Numbered from the stretch's first letter, positions 18,039 through 29,028 are shown. The stretch: DNA of 64,000 nt from Candidatus Uhrbacteria bacterium (GCA_016205975.1 JACQSK010000007.1:5328-69327); one strand, 5' to 3'. A program made the numbers and translations. Notes: generated from the letters alone by a model not told the origin.

Positions 18039-18704
18039 TTATCCACAGAGGCGCTTACGAGCGGCTTCCAGCTCTTGCGCGGTTCCCACTGGCAACCAGA
18101 AGTTCGCTTGAACGCCAGCGATCTGGCTGGTTTTTGCGAGCACGGCAAGCGTTTGTGGAAGTCCGAACTCGGTAAACTCGCTTACATGGATTTCAACAGG
18201 CGACACTTGAAAGAAAGAATCGTTGAGCAGGTAGGCGCCGCACACGGCATTGCGGCCAGGCGCGAGCTCTCTGAAGTGTCCTTGCTCGATCACGGCGGCG
18301 GCTTTGAGGTCATGATCCGACAGGTGATAGAGAAGAGCCAGGTCATGGGCACAGAGCCGTTCGAGGTCTTCTTTCCGATACAGGTCGTCGCCGTTGACCA
18401 CCAGGAACGGACGTCGGAGATGGCTGCGCAGCAAGTGAACCGCGCCGGCGGTTCCTGAGAGCGGTTCTTGGATCACGTAGCGGATGGGCGTGTTGCGCCA
18501 GGCCGTGCCCAGATATGCCATAAGGTCTTCACGCAGATGGTTCACAACCACAAACAACTCGTCGACATTCTCCGGCAGCGCTGAAAGCACATGCGCGATG
18601 AGTGGTTTCCCGCAGATGTCGATGAGCGGTTTGGGGGTTTCGTGCGTGAGAGGCCGCAGGCGCGCGCCTTTGCCGGCCGCGAGGATGACCGCTTGCATAC
18701 TCAA
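18039..18704 (-). CDS. sugar-phosphate nucleotidyltransferase (NTP_transferase family)
   Basis: N-terminal AVILAAGKGARLRPLT glycine-rich loop of sugar-1-phosphate nucleotidyltransferases. Confidence 0.75.
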   Translation of the reverse strand: MSMQAVILAAGKGARLRPLTHETPKPLIDICGKPLIAHVLSALPENVDELFVVVNHLREDLMAYLGTAWRNTPIRYVIQEPLSGTAGAVHLLRSHLRRPFLVVNGDDLYRKEDLERLCAHDLALLYHLSDHDLKAAAVIEQGHFRELAPGRNAVCGAYLLNDSFFQVSPVEIHVSEFTEFGLPQTLAVLAKTSQIAGVQANFWLPVGTAQELEAARKRLCG

Positions 18705-19771
18705 GATTGTTCCAAACGCGCGGCCACCTCGGCTTTTTTCAGCGCGAGGATGATCGGTTCCAGCCCTCCGTTCATGATGGCCGTGATGTTGTGGAAGTTT
18801 TCCTGGATGCGATGGTCGGTCACGCGGTCCTGGGGGAAGTTGTATGTGCGGATTTTTTCCGAGCGGTCGCCGGTGCCGATCTGTCCGCGCCGCGCCTCCA
18901 CGCGTTCTTTCTGGATCCGCTCTTGTTCGCCGGCGTAGACGCGGGCGCGGATGATCGACAGCGCGCGTTCTTTATTTTGTTTGAAGCTGCGTTCTTCCTG
19001 GCAGTACACCATGATGCCGGTAGGCAGGTGCGTGACGCGCACGGCCGAGTAGGTCGTGTTCACGCTCTGGCCTCCCGCGCCTTGCGAGGTTGTGGCTTCG
19101 ATCTTCAAGTCCTCTGGACGGATTTTGATGTCGAGCTCCTCCACCTCCGGTAGGATCGCCACGGTGACAGTGGAGGTATGCACGCGGCCAGCCTTTTCCG
19201 TTTCCGGCACGCGCTGCACGCGATGCACGCCGCTTTCATATTTCAGCTGGCTGTACGCGTTCTCGCCCTTGATTTCAAAAATGACTTCTTTGTAGCCGCC
19301 CACGTCGTTTCGGTTGGTTGAGATAAGTTCCGTTTTCCACTTGTGCGCCTCGGCAAAAAGCGTGTAGCCGCGCATGAGCTCGGCGGCAAACAGCGAGGAC
19401 TCGTCGCCGCCCGCGCCCGCGCGGATTTCGACGATGATGCTTTTCTTGTCCATGGGGTCGGGCGGGATGAGTGCGACGGTCAGCTCCTGTTCCAGCGCGA
19501 GGATGCGCGGCTCCAAGAGAGTGAGTTCCTCCTGCATGAGCTCCAAGAGCTCGGTGTCTTTGGACTGTGCGAGCGCTGACTTGGCTTCTTCCCGGTCTGC
19601 GAGCGCACGCTCGTAGCGCGAGCCGATCTCGACGATTTCTTTTTCGTCTTGGTAGAGGGAGTTCACTTCGCGCAGTTTGCGCGGATCAGAAAGCGTCTCC
19701 TGAGCGCTGAGCTTGGATTCGAGTTCGGTCAGGCGCGCGCGGTGCGCGGTGAGTTGGTCGGTGAGAGACAT
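18701..19771 (-). CDS. prfA: peptide chain release factor 1
   Basis: GGQ motif (SQGAGGQSVNTT) and RF1-type domain layout. Followed by an NTP-transferase gene and prmC. Confidence 0.9.
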   Translation of the reverse strand: MSLTDQLTAHRARLTELESKLSAQETLSDPRKLREVNSLYQDEKEIVEIGSRYERALADREEAKSALAQSKDTELLELMQEELTLLEPRILALEQELTVALIPPDPMDKKSIIVEIRAGAGGDESSLFAAELMRGYTLFAEAHKWKTELISTNRNDVGGYKEVIFEIKGENAYSQLKYESGVHRVQRVPETEKAGRVHTSTVTVAILPEVEELDIKIRPEDLKIEATTSQGAGGQSVNTTYSAVRVTHLPTGIMVYCQEERSFKQNKERALSIIRARVYAGEQERIQKERVEARRGQIGTGDRSEKIRTYNFPQDRVTDHRIQENFHNITAIMNGGLEPIILALKKAEVAARLEQS

Positions 19772-19817
19772 AATCGAAAAGCGTCCAAAGGAAAGGACGC
19801 TTTTGATTGTACCATTT

Positions 19818-20111
19818 TTACGCGGCGGATTTTTCTTTCTCCTCGCGCTTGGCGACTTTCCGGGCCGTGCGTTTGATCTTCTTGGCTTTTTTGCCAGTGA
19901 CCTCTACGACTTTTCTGGTCGCGCGTTCCTGGAACTTCTCCACGCGGCGGGCCGTGTCGATGATCTTCTGCTTGCCCGTGTAGAACGGGTGGCAGGCGGC
20001 GCACAGCTCTACTTGAATATCCTCGCGCGTTGAGCCGATTTCGTAGACCGTCCCGCAGGCGCAAGTGATCTTGGCGTTGGGGAAGTACTCTGGGTGGATG
20101 TCTTTTTTCAT
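19818..20111 (-). CDS. rpmE: 50S ribosomal protein L31 with Lys-rich C-terminal extension
   Basis: [28 protein letters not shown] ... [10 protein letters not shown]. Start set at Met38 of ORF 19818..20222. Confidence 0.85.
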   Translation of the reverse strand: MKKDIHPEYFPNAKITCACGTVYEIGSTREDIQVELCAACHPFYTGKQKIIDTARRVEKFQERATRKVVEVTGKKAKKIKRTARKVAKREEKEKSAA

Positions 20112-20206
20112 AGTGGGCGCACACGGGAATATGTGCTTAACGGCCAGAGAATAACAGGGCGCTCTGAGGTTGTCAATTACCCGTTCGTGCCTCATGATGC
20201 GGCCGT

Positions 20207-21271
20207 ATGGCGACGCCGACAAGTCATTTTGATTATGTGCTTCCTCCAGAGCTCATCGCCCAGCATTCCGTCGTGCCCCGCGATCACTCGCGGTTGATGC
20301 GGTTGGATCGCGAGTCAGGCGCGTGGGAGCACAAGCGGTTTTACGAGATTCTGGGTGAGCTCCATGCGGGAGACGTTTTGGTCATGAACAACACAAAGGT
20401 GTTTCGCGCGCGGCTCGTGGCGCACGTGCATGGTCGAGCAATCGAGTTGTTTTTGCTGCGACCGCGCGGGGAGACCTGGGACGTGCTCGTGAGACCCGGG
20501 CGACACATGGCCGCTGGCGATACGATCACGGTTGGGGCCATGACTGGGCGCGTCGTGGCAAAGTCAGACGTCCTCTCCGTCCGATTTGACCGATCGGCGC
20601 AAGCGCTCATCGACTACGCCAACCTGCACGGCGAGATCCCCGTACCGCCGTACGTTCATGAGACTCCGGCGGATCTTCGCGACTATCAAACCGTGTACGC
20701 CCGAGAGACGGGGTCCGTGGCCGCGCCCACGGCTGGGTTCCATTTTACGCAAGAGCTTCTCAAAAAGATTCGCGAGAAGGGGGTCGAGATCCGTGAGGTC
20801 ACGCTGCATGTGGGGTTAGGGACGTTTCGTCCGATGAAGACGGCGACGATCGAGGAGCACGAGATGCACGCGGAGTTCGTCACGATTCTGCCCGAGGCCG
20901 CGCGAGCGATCAACGCGGCTAAGCGTGAAGGCCGCCGTGTGATCGCCGTGGGCACGACAAGCGTGAGGACGCTGGAAGGCGTCGCCGCTCAAACGTCTCC
21001 ACTTTTTTCCGATCGTGAAAAAGTGTCGACACAGCTTTTGGGTCCTTTGCGTCAGGAGGGTTACACGGGCGACGTGAATCTCTTTATCACTCCAGGCTTT
21101 TCGTTCAAGGTCGTCGACGCCCTCATCACCAACTTCCACTTGCCCAGGTCCACACTCCTTGTCCTCGTAGCCGCCTTTGCGGGACGAGAGCGTGTCTTGG
21201 CCGCCTACGAGGAGGCGGTCCGCGAACGCTATCGCTTTTTCTCCTTCGGCGACGCGATGTTTATCCGGTGA
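20207..21271 (+). CDS. queA: S-adenosylmethionine:tRNA ribosyltransferase-isomerase
   Basis: [13 protein letters not shown] ... [11 protein letters not shown] ... PVPPYVHE ... typical QueA. Confidence 0.85.
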   Translation: MATPTSHFDYVLPPELIAQHSVVPRDHSRLMRLDRESGAWEHKRFYEILGELHAGDVLVMNNTKVFRARLVAHVHGRAIELFLLRPRGETWDVLVRPGRHMAAGDTITVGAMTGRVVAKSDVLSVRFDRSAQALIDYANLHGEIPVPPYVHETPADLRDYQTVYARETGSVAAPTAGFHFTQELLKKIREKGVEIREVTLHVGLGTFRPMKTATIEEHEMHAEFVTILPEAARAINAAKREGRRVIAVGTTSVRTLEGVAAQTSPLFSDREKVSTQLLGPLRQEGYTGDVNLFITPGFSFKVVDALITNFHLPRSTLLVLVAAFAGRERVLAAYEEAVRERYRFFSFGDAMFIR

Positions 21272-21404
21272 CATTGACGCGGTTCTCCTTCTTCTCTATA
21301 CTCTCGCCATAATTCATCCCACAGGCGGAACCACGCGTTCTGGCTCCTCCCTCGATTCAATCGTGGGTCCAGTCGCGCCGTCGAAGCAAAAAGGAAAAAA
21401 GCCT

Positions 21405-22136
21405 ATGCCCACGATCCCATCCCTTACCGACATGCTGAAAACCGGTATGCACTTCGGCCACCAGACGTCCCGTTGGCATCCCAAGATGAAAAAGTACATC
21501 TTCGGAGAGCGCGCGGGCGTCCATATTATTAATCTGGAGGAAACCCAGACGCAGCTGCAGGGCGCGCTCGAGACCCTGAAAGGCCTGGCTTCCCGCGGCG
21601 GGGTTATCCTCTTTGTCGGCACCAAACCTCAGGCCCAGGAAGCCGTGAAGACGTACGCGGGCGCGTGCGAGATGCCCTACGTCGTCAACCGATGGCTTGG
21701 AGGAACGCTCACCAACTTTGGACAGATCAAGCAAACCTTGAAGCGCATGAAGACGCTCAAGGATCAGCGTGATAAGGGCGAGCTCAAAAAGTATACGAAG
21801 ATGGAACAGCTCATGATCAGCCGCGAGATCGAAGACATGGAACACAAGTTCGGTGGCATCCAGCATCTCGTGAAGGCTCCTGACGCCCTGTTCATCATTG
21901 ACACCAAGACGGAAAAGACGGCTGTGAAGGAAGCCGAGGTCACGGGCATCCCCATCGTTGCCCTGTGCGACACCAATGTGAATCCCGCCGCGATCACGAA
22001 AGTCATTCCGGGAAATGACGATGCGGTGAAGGCTATTGAGCTCGTTTGTAAACTCGCCTGCGAGGCGATTAAGGAGGGAAGGGCTGAGGCCGTAAAGGTC
22101 GCGGCGACACCCAAGCAGACTCCAACCGAAGTATGA
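21405..22136 (+). CDS. rpsB: 30S ribosomal protein S2
   Basis: MLKTGMHFGHQTSRWHPKM ... start set at Met77 of ORF 21177..22136. Confidence 0.9.
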   Translation: MPTIPSLTDMLKTGMHFGHQTSRWHPKMKKYIFGERAGVHIINLEETQTQLQGALETLKGLASRGGVILFVGTKPQAQEAVKTYAGACEMPYVVNRWLGGTLTNFGQIKQTLKRMKTLKDQRDKGELKKYTKMEQLMISREIEDMEHKFGGIQHLVKAPDALFIIDTKTEKTAVKEAEVTGIPIVALCDTNVNPAAITKVIPGNDDAVKAIELVCKLACEAIKEGRAEAVKVAATPKQTPTEV

Positions 22137-22720
22137 GCATCGACGCAAAGCTCGTTTCAGACCTGCGCGCGCAAACGGGCGCGGGCATGATGGACGCCAA
22201 GAAGGCGCTGGAGGAAACGCAAGGCGACCTCGAGCGCGCGATCACGCTTCTGCGCGAGCGCGGCGTGGCCAAAGCGGCCAAGAAAGCCGACCGCGAGACG
22301 CATGAGGGTCGCGTGCACAGCTATATCCACTCCAACGGGAAACTTGGCGCCATGGTCGAGGTTCTGTGCGAGACGGATTTCGTCGCGCGCAACGAAGCCT
22401 TTATTGCTTTCTGCAATGACCTTGCCATGCACGTGAGCGCGGCCGAGCCTCTGTACCTCTCGCGTCAGGACGTGCCTGAGGACATCGTCGCAAAGGAAAA
22501 AGAAATCTACACCGCCGAGATGGCAGGCCAGGGCAAGCCCGCCGAGGTGATCACGAAAATTATCGAGGGGAAACTCAACAAGTGGTATTCGGAGGTGGTG
22601 CTTCTGGAGCAGCCATTCATCAAGGACGAGGATGTGACCATCGAGGAGTTTTTGAAGGGGAAAATCGTGAGCCTGGGAGAGAACATGCAGATCCGCCGAT
22701 TCGCGAGATTCAATATTTAA
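22133..22720 (+). CDS. tsf: elongation factor Ts
   Basis: UBA-like N-terminus (LRAQTGAGMMDAKKAL) and EF-Ts core. Overlaps the rpsB stop by 4 nt. Confidence 0.9.
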   Translation: MSIDAKLVSDLRAQTGAGMMDAKKALEETQGDLERAITLLRERGVAKAAKKADRETHEGRVHSYIHSNGKLGAMVEVLCETDFVARNEAFIAFCNDLAMHVSAAEPLYLSRQDVPEDIVAKEKEIYTAEMAGQGKPAEVITKIIEGKLNKWYSEVVLLEQPFIKDEDVTIEEFLKGKIVSLGENMQIRRFARFNI

Positions 22721-22731
22721 GAGAATTGGGA

Positions 22732-22762
22732 GACCGGCCGTTGACGAAACGGTCGGTTTTTG
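22732..22762 (+). terminator. intrinsic terminator after tsf
   Basis: Hairpin gaccggccgtt-gacga-aacggtcgg followed by ttttt. Confidence 0.5.
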
Positions 22763-22891
22763 ATTAGATGGCGCTGTCGTTTGGCTGGGTGATTCTACCC
22801 CGTGACGACAGTCATCCTTTGCGTTTGGCGATAGACGGAGCGGTTGTTTACTCAGCCGCAAAGTCAATGTAACCAAATTGCGGAGAACATC

Positions 22892-23827
22892 ATGGGTACC
22901 ATCCCTGTCTGGCTCAAGGACCTGATCGACAAGTTCAACGTACACGGCGACGACGCTGGTGTGGCGGGAGTGCTCAACAACTTCCCGCTCGTGATGCGTG
23001 CTGGCCGTCTGCTCATGGGCACCTCCGTCTTCCTCTCCGACCTCACCGCGCTCATCGACCGCTACGAAGCGAGCGAGCGTGAGGGTCAGACCAAGGTCGA
23101 GCGCCTGAAGGGTCTCAAGTATCCCAGCCTCACCGGGAAGAACTGGAGGGCCGACCTGCACACCTGGATGCAGGAGGTCTTGGATGCATTCCTGGGCTTC
23201 CACGTGGACGTGCCCGAACCGCCGAGCTTGAACCGCGCCCAGCGCCGGCTCATGATGAAGTACAAGCTCTGGCTCTTCTTCGTCCCTGCGATCGGCGAGG
23301 ACAAGTATCCGGAGCACTTCGTGAAGTTCGACTGGAACCGCTTCCTGTCGGGTGTCCCGGCCACCGCTCTCCCGCTCCCGGGTCGCTGGATCGCCTTGGA
23401 GGTGATCCAGAAGCCCAACTACCAGGATGGTCGCTACCCCAACGACCAGCTCATGGCCGACATCGGGATCACCACCCGTTTCGCCCACCCGCACTCCGGC
23501 AAGGGCGAGGGTGACGACCTCATGGAAGACATCCTCCCCAAGGTCGCCGAGGTGCTCCAGTCTCTGGGTGGAACCGTGAAGATTCAGTCCGCCCGGATCT
23601 TCAACTTCCTTGGGCACCTCTTCAACTGGTTGCGCCTCCACACCAGCGAGCACCGCCTTCCGAACCTGGGATCCACCAACTCGGTAGAGTGGTGCGAGGA
23701 GCGCTACGACTCGCACATTGCGCTCTTCGTGGGCCACTCCGACGACGGTGGCCTCGCCTTCGTTAGCGGCTACTGGCGCGGCTTCCGGGGCGATAATATC
23801 GGCTTCCGCTTCCTGGTGCAGTTCTAG
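22892..23827 (+). CDS. hypothetical protein (GC3-rich ORFan)
   Basis: ORF 22844..23827 trimmed to Met17 (MGTIPVWLKDL...). Strong GC3 bias. No family recognised. Confidence 0.5.
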   Translation: MGTIPVWLKDLIDKFNVHGDDAGVAGVLNNFPLVMRAGRLLMGTSVFLSDLTALIDRYEASEREGQTKVERLKGLKYPSLTGKNWRADLHTWMQEVLDAFLGFHVDVPEPPSLNRAQRRLMMKYKLWLFFVPAIGEDKYPEHFVKFDWNRFLSGVPATALPLPGRWIALEVIQKPNYQDGRYPNDQLMADIGITTRFAHPHSGKGEGDDLMEDILPKVAEVLQSLGGTVKIQSARIFNFLGHLFNWLRLHTSEHRLPNLGSTNSVEWCEERYDSHIALFVGHSDDGGLAFVSGYWRGFRGDNIGFRFLVQF

Positions 23828-23967
23828 TCCCCTGGATCCCTGCCACGTCGCTCGCGAGTGACGTCCTCCAGCACACATCATCAACAGCGGTCACTGACGC
23901 ACAGTGGCCGCTTTTTTGTTTCGTGCGATAAGTGCTAAAATCAGTCCATCATTTATATCCATCCTTT

Positions 23968-24972
23968 ATGCTTCGAATCGCGATCAATGGTTTTGGCAGA
24001 ATTGGCCGGACAACGCTACGCGCGGCCTGTGAGCGCAAGGGCGTCCAGGTCGTCGCCATCAACGACCTCACCGATCCCGCAACGCTTTCGTATCTTTTGA
24101 AACATGATTCCGTGTTTCGTACCTGGAACAAGTCCGTGAAGGCTGGCAAGGACTTCATCGAAGTCGATGGGGTGAAGATTCCGGTCTACGCACAGAAAGA
24201 TCCCACACAGCTTCCCTGGAAGGCGCTGAAGGTGGATGTCGTCATTGAGTCCACTGGCTTCTTCCGCAAGAAGACCGATGCGCAAAAGCACATCCAAGCT
24301 GGCACCAAGAAAGTCGTGATCTCAGCTCCGTCGGACGACGCGCCGACATTCCTCATGGGCGTGAACCACCAGCTGTGCAAGAAGTCCCACGCCGTCATCA
24401 ACAACGCATCCTGCACGACCAACTCTGCCGCACCGGTTGCGCAAGTTCTGGCCGAGGAGATCGGGGTGAAGAAGGCGATGCTCACCACGATCCATTCGGT
24501 GACGGCGAGTGAGAACTTGGTCGATGGACTCCCTAGCAAGAAAGACGACCTGCGCATCGGACGCAGTGCCATGATCAACATGATCCCGACCTCGACGGGT
24601 GCCGCCAAAGCCACGACCAAAGTCGTCACTGCGCTCAAGGACAAGTTCGATGGCATCTCGGTTCGAGTCCCTTCGCTGGATGTGTCTTTGACAGACTTCA
24701 CGTTTTTGATGAAACGAAACACCACCGTCGAAGAGATCAACAAGGTTCTCAAAGCTGCGGCGAAATCTGCTCGATGGAAAGGAATTTTGGGAGTGACCGA
24801 CGAACCGCTCGTGTCCACCGATTTTATTGGTTCGTCCTACGGCGCGGTCGTCGACCTCGACCTCACCCGTGTGGTGGACGGTGACCTCGTGAAGGTGCTT
24901 GCTTGGTACGATAACGAATGGGGATATACCCAGCGTCTTCTCGACCTCGTTCAGTACGTGGGCAAGCTATGA
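23968..24972 (+). CDS. gap: glyceraldehyde-3-phosphate dehydrogenase
   Basis: INGFGRIGR Rossmann motif, ASCTTN catalytic Cys, WYDNEWGY C-terminus. Confidence 0.9.
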   Translation: MLRIAINGFGRIGRTTLRAACERKGVQVVAINDLTDPATLSYLLKHDSVFRTWNKSVKAGKDFIEVDGVKIPVYAQKDPTQLPWKALKVDVVIESTGFFRKKTDAQKHIQAGTKKVVISAPSDDAPTFLMGVNHQLCKKSHAVINNASCTTNSAAPVAQVLAEEIGVKKAMLTTIHSVTASENLVDGLPSKKDDLRIGRSAMINMIPTSTGAAKATTKVVTALKDKFDGISVRVPSLDVSLTDFTFLMKRNTTVEEINKVLKAAAKSARWKGILGVTDEPLVSTDFIGSSYGAVVDLDLTRVVDGDLVKVLAWYDNEWGYTQRLLDLVQYVGKL

Positions 24973-26153
24973 AGATGCGCCGGCTCACCAATGCCATGAA
25001 TCTGCGCGGCAAGCGTGTTCTCGTGCGTATCGACGGGAACGTGCCCGTCAAAAATGGACGAGCGGTTGACGGGCCCCATGGGCGCATCGCGCGCTCGGCC
25101 GTGGGTATCAACTGGCTCTTGCAGCGTGGTGCGCGCGTGATTGTGATGACGCACCTGGGCTCGCCGCGCGGCAAGCGCGTGGCGGCCTACTCGATCAAGC
25201 CGATCGCCAAGCGCCTTTCCAGTTTGCTGGGGACGCGCGTGAAAGTGACGCGTTCGGTGGTGGGTGGCGATGTGGAAAAGGCGGTCAGGGCGATGCAGGA
25301 CGGCGAGGTGCTGATCTTGGAAAACGTGCGGTTCGATGCACGCGAGGAACAAAACGCGCCGTCGTTCGCCGAGGCGCTCGCGAAATTGGGCGACTTGTAT
25401 GTGAACGACGCGTTTGCCGTGTCCCACCGCGCGCATGCGTCCGTGGACGCGATTACCTCTGAGCTTCCCTCCTACGCAGGTCCACTTCTTGCCGATGAGC
25501 TTTCGGTGTTGAGCCGGTTGGGCGAGCGTAGCAAACGTCCATTCGTGCTCGTCTTGGGCGGTCTCAAAATGTCGACCAAACTTCCGCTCTTGCTTCGTCT
25601 GCTCCCCACGCTGGACCGCGTGTTGTTGGGCGGAGCGATCGCGAGCGCTTTTCTCGTCGCGCAGGGGCAAGAGGTCGGAAAATCGGCGTACGAAAAAGAG
25701 TCTGTGGCGCTGTGCGCGAAACTGCTAAAGGCGAACAAGGACAAGCTGCTGTTGCCCATCGACGTCGTGGTGGCGCGGTCGTTGCGCAAAGACGCGCACC
25801 GCCGGGTCGTCTCGGTGAGTGAGATCGGGCAGAGCGATCGGATCGTAGACATCGGCTCCAAGACCGTGAGCGCGTTTGTCCAGACGCTCAAGGGTGCCAG
25901 GACGATTTTGTGGAACGGCCCGCTTGGGTACTGTGAGCTTCAAGCGTTCTGCGCCGGTACGCGCGAGATCGCTCGAGCCGTCGGCGCGCAGACCGGGACA
26001 GCCACGACGATTGTGGGAGGAGGGGACACGCTCCCCGTGATTGAATCCTTAAAACTTGCCGAGACGTTTACTCTGCTGTCTACGGGCGGCGGTGCGCTGC
26101 TGCAATTTTTGTCAGGCGAGCCGTTGCCGGGCGTGGAGGCTCTGAAAAACTAA
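24969..26153 (+). CDS. pgk: phosphoglycerate kinase
   Basis: [12 protein letters not shown] ... HLGSPRG ... GGGDT, typical PGK. Overlaps the gap stop by 4 nt. Confidence 0.9.
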   Translation: MKMRRLTNAMNLRGKRVLVRIDGNVPVKNGRAVDGPHGRIARSAVGINWLLQRGARVIVMTHLGSPRGKRVAAYSIKPIAKRLSSLLGTRVKVTRSVVGGDVEKAVRAMQDGEVLILENVRFDAREEQNAPSFAEALAKLGDLYVNDAFAVSHRAHASVDAITSELPSYAGPLLADELSVLSRLGERSKRPFVLVLGGLKMSTKLPLLLRLLPTLDRVLLGGAIASAFLVAQGQEVGKSAYEKESVALCAKLLKANKDKLLLPIDVVVARSLRKDAHRRVVSVSEIGQSDRIVDIGSKTVSAFVQTLKGARTILWNGPLGYCELQAFCAGTREIARAVGAQTGTATTIVGGGDTLPVIESLKLAETFTLLSTGGGALLQFLSGEPLPGVEALKN

Positions 26154-26167
26154 GACCCCTAGGACCT

Positions 26168-27421
26168 ATGAAAATTGAAAGCCTCCATGCGCATGAAATC
26201 CTCGACTCCCGCGGGAACCCGACGCTCTCTGTGACGGTGATGTTGCGTAGCGGCGTGACCGGAACCGCGAGCGTTCCCAGCGGCGCGTCCACGGGCACGC
26301 ATGAGGCGCTTGAGTTGCGCGATGGCGATCCCAAGCGCTATCACGGCAAGGGCGTTCTGAGAGCGGCGGCGAACGTCCACCGCATCATCACTCCCGCGCT
26401 TGTGGGCATGAACGTGACCCGCCAGCGTGAGATCGACGCGACCCTGATCGCTCTGGACGGCACGGCAAATAAATCCGCGCTTGGCGCCAATGCGATCCTG
26501 GGAGTTTCTCTTGCTTGTGCACATGCTGCAGCTCGGGCAAAAAAGCTGCCGCTCTACGCCTACCTCCGTCGGACATACCAGCTACCAGCTACCAACTACC
26601 ACCTACCGATTCCAACCATGAACGTCCTCAACGGCGGCGCCCATGCCGGTTGGATTCTCGACTTCCAGGAGTTCATGATCGTGCCGCGCCAGAGGAAGTT
26701 CCGCGAGCGCGTGCGTTGCGGCGCGGAGGTTTTTTATGAGCTGGGGGAGCTGCTCAAGCAAAAAGGGTTTTCAACGCTCAAAGGCGATGAGGGTGGATAT
26801 GCCGTTCCTCTCAAGACAAACGAGGACGCATTCAAGCTCATCCTGCTTGCCATCAAGGCGGCGGGATACAAGCCCGGCAAGGAGGTGTCCCTCGCCATGG
26901 ATCCTGCGCTCTCGGAGTTGTACAACAAGAAAACCAAACGGTATGAACTCAAGCGCGAAGGCAAGACGCTCACGGCAGGCCAGATGATCGCGATGTGGGA
27001 ACGCTGGGTCAAGACGTACCCGATCGTGAGTCTGGAAGATGGACTCGATCAGGACGATTGGGACGGATGGGTCGCGCTCACCAAGCGTCTGGGAAAGAAG
27101 GTGGCGCTCGTGGGGGACGACTTTTTGGTGACCAACGCCGGACGGCTGGCCAAGGCGATCGAGTTGGGCGCGGCAAATACGATCCTCATCAAAGTGAATC
27201 AGATCGGCACGCTCTCGGAGACGATCGATGCGATTTTGCTCGCCAAGCAATTTGGCTACAAGGTGAGTGTCTCCCATCGCTCCGGCGAAACGGAAGACAC
27301 CACCATCGCCGACCTTGCCGTGGCCGTGAATGCCGACTTTATCAAAACCGGCTCTCTGTCGCGCTCCGAGCGTCTGGCAAAATATAACAGGCTTATGGAA
27401 ATTGAGGAGGAAGTTACTTAG
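26168..27421 (+). CDS. eno: enolase
   Basis: ILDSRGNPT ... SHRSGETED ... canonical enolase motifs. Confidence 0.95.
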   Translation: MKIESLHAHEILDSRGNPTLSVTVMLRSGVTGTASVPSGASTGTHEALELRDGDPKRYHGKGVLRAAANVHRIITPALVGMNVTRQREIDATLIALDGTANKSALGANAILGVSLACAHAAARAKKLPLYAYLRRTYQLPATNYHLPIPTMNVLNGGAHAGWILDFQEFMIVPRQRKFRERVRCGAEVFYELGELLKQKGFSTLKGDEGGYAVPLKTNEDAFKLILLAIKAAGYKPGKEVSLAMDPALSELYNKKTKRYELKREGKTLTAGQMIAMWERWVKTYPIVSLEDGLDQDDWDGWVALTKRLGKKVALVGDDFLVTNAGRLAKAIELGAANTILIKVNQIGTLSETIDAILLAKQFGYKVSVSHRSGETEDTTIADLAVAVNADFIKTGSLSRSERLAKYNRLMEIEEEVT

Positions 27422-27424
27422 CGT

Positions 27425-29005
27425 ATGTCCGATGCCATAAAAAAACCGACGCTGCTGGTCGTGCTGGACGGATTCGGCGTGGCGCCGGACTCAGACGGGA
27501 ACGCGATTACCAGGGCCAAGACGCCTACCTTCGACCGTCTCATCCGCGCCTATCCCACCATGACCCTGCGCGCCTCGGGCGAGGAAGTCGGGCTCTCTTG
27601 GGGAGAGATGGGGAACTCAGAGGTCGGCCACTTGGCGATCGGCGCTGGTCGCGTGTATTACCAGACGCTGCCGCGCATCAACCGCGCCATAGACGCCGGA
27701 ACGTTTTTGATGAACGCGGCATTTCTGCACGCGATCGAGCACGCGAAGGCGCACAAGAGCCGACTACATCTGGTGGGCCTGGTAAGCCAAGGGCGCGTGC
27801 ATTCACTGGACGCCCATGCCCATGTGCTGCTCGCGCTCGCCAAAAAGAAAGGCGTGAAGGACGTGTTCGTGCAGGCGATTCTGGACGGCCGCGACACGCT
27901 TCCCAGCGTGGCGGTGGATTTTATCGGGACGCTGCAGGAGAAAATGAAAGAGCTTGGCGTGGGCAAGATCGCCTCGCTTTCAGGTCGTTTCTTTGCCATG
28001 GATCGCGATAACCGATGGGACCGGATCGAGAAAGCGTACAACGCGATGGTGCTTGGCGCGGGCGCGCAAGCAGAGAATCCTCTCTCTGCCATCAAAGCCT
28101 CGTATCAAAAAGAAGTGTACGACGAAGAGTTTGAACCAACCGTGATCGTCGAGCAGGGAGCACCCGTGGGGCTCATACAGGAGAATGATGCTGTGATTTT
28201 TTTTAACTACCGTCCCGACCGTATGCGCGAGCTGACGCGCGCGTTCTCTTTGCCGAGTTTTGAAGCCTTTGCGCGCAAGCGCGTCGAGAATCTGTTTGCC
28301 GTAACGATGACCGAGTATGAGGCCGGCCTTCCCGTGGAGGTCGCGTTTCCGCCTGAGGCCATTGAGCAGACGCTCGCTGAGGTTATCTCGCGCGCCGGTC
28401 TCAAGCAGCTCCACATCGCCGAGACCGAGAAGTACGCGCATGTCACGTTCTTCTTGAACGGTACCAAAGAGGAACCGTTCCCTGGCGAGACGCGCATCAT
28501 CATCCCTTCTCCCCAGGTCGCGAGCTATGACGAAGCACCCGAGATGAGCGCCCGCGCGATCACAGAGCGCGTCATCAAAGAGATGCGGGAGAACTCGTTT
28601 GATTTCATCGTCATCAATTTTGCCAACCCGGACATGGTGGCGCATACGGGGAACATGGAGGCAAGCGTGAAGAGCGTGGAGGTCGTGGATGAATGTCTTG
28701 GACGCCTGGTGGAGGAGACGCTCGCGCGCGATGGCGTCTTGTGCCTTACGGCCGATCACGGCAACGCCGAGGAGATGAAAAACTTGCGCACCGGAGAGAT
28801 GGACAAGGAACACGCGACCAACCCTGTGCCGTTTGTGATCGTGAGTCAACGCCTCGAAGGCCAGCCGTCTGTGGCCGGGGAAGTGCCCGAAGGGGATCTC
28901 TCGCTCCTGTCGCCGGTGGGGATTCTGGCGGACGTGGCACCGACCGTGCTGGCGCTCATGGGGATAACTGAGCCGCCGGAGATGACGGGACAACCACTGT
29001 TATAG
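27425..29005 (+). CDS. gpmI: 2,3-bisphosphoglycerate-independent phosphoglycerate mutase
   Basis: LVVLDGFGVAP ... catalytic-Ser region and C-terminal ADHGNAE motif of iPGM. Confidence 0.9.
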   Translation: MSDAIKKPTLLVVLDGFGVAPDSDGNAITRAKTPTFDRLIRAYPTMTLRASGEEVGLSWGEMGNSEVGHLAIGAGRVYYQTLPRINRAIDAGTFLMNAAFLHAIEHAKAHKSRLHLVGLVSQGRVHSLDAHAHVLLALAKKKGVKDVFVQAILDGRDTLPSVAVDFIGTLQEKMKELGVGKIASLSGRFFAMDRDNRWDRIEKAYNAMVLGAGAQAENPLSAIKASYQKEVYDEEFEPTVIVEQGAPVGLIQENDAVIFFNYRPDRMRELTRAFSLPSFEAFARKRVENLFAVTMTEYEAGLPVEVAFPPEAIEQTLAEVISRAGLKQLHIAETEKYAHVTFFLNGTKEEPFPGETRIIIPSPQVASYDEAPEMSARAITERVIKEMRENSFDFIVINFANPDMVAHTGNMEASVKSVEVVDECLGRLVEETLARDGVLCLTADHGNAEEMKNLRTGEMDKEHATNPVPFVIVSQRLEGQPSVAGEVPEGDLSLLSPVGILADVAPTVLALMGITEPPEMTGQPLL

Positions 29006-29028
29006 GTCTTATTGGTCCTCTACGACCT

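Noticed and set aside
17225-18040. tmRNA (ssrA) in the ORF-free structured region
   Set aside because: No tRNA-like acceptor/T-arm (GGUUCGA ... CCA), no plausible tag reading frame ending in Ala-Ala-stop, and no smpB nearby. RNase P RNA or another structured RNA fits better, though it is unproven.
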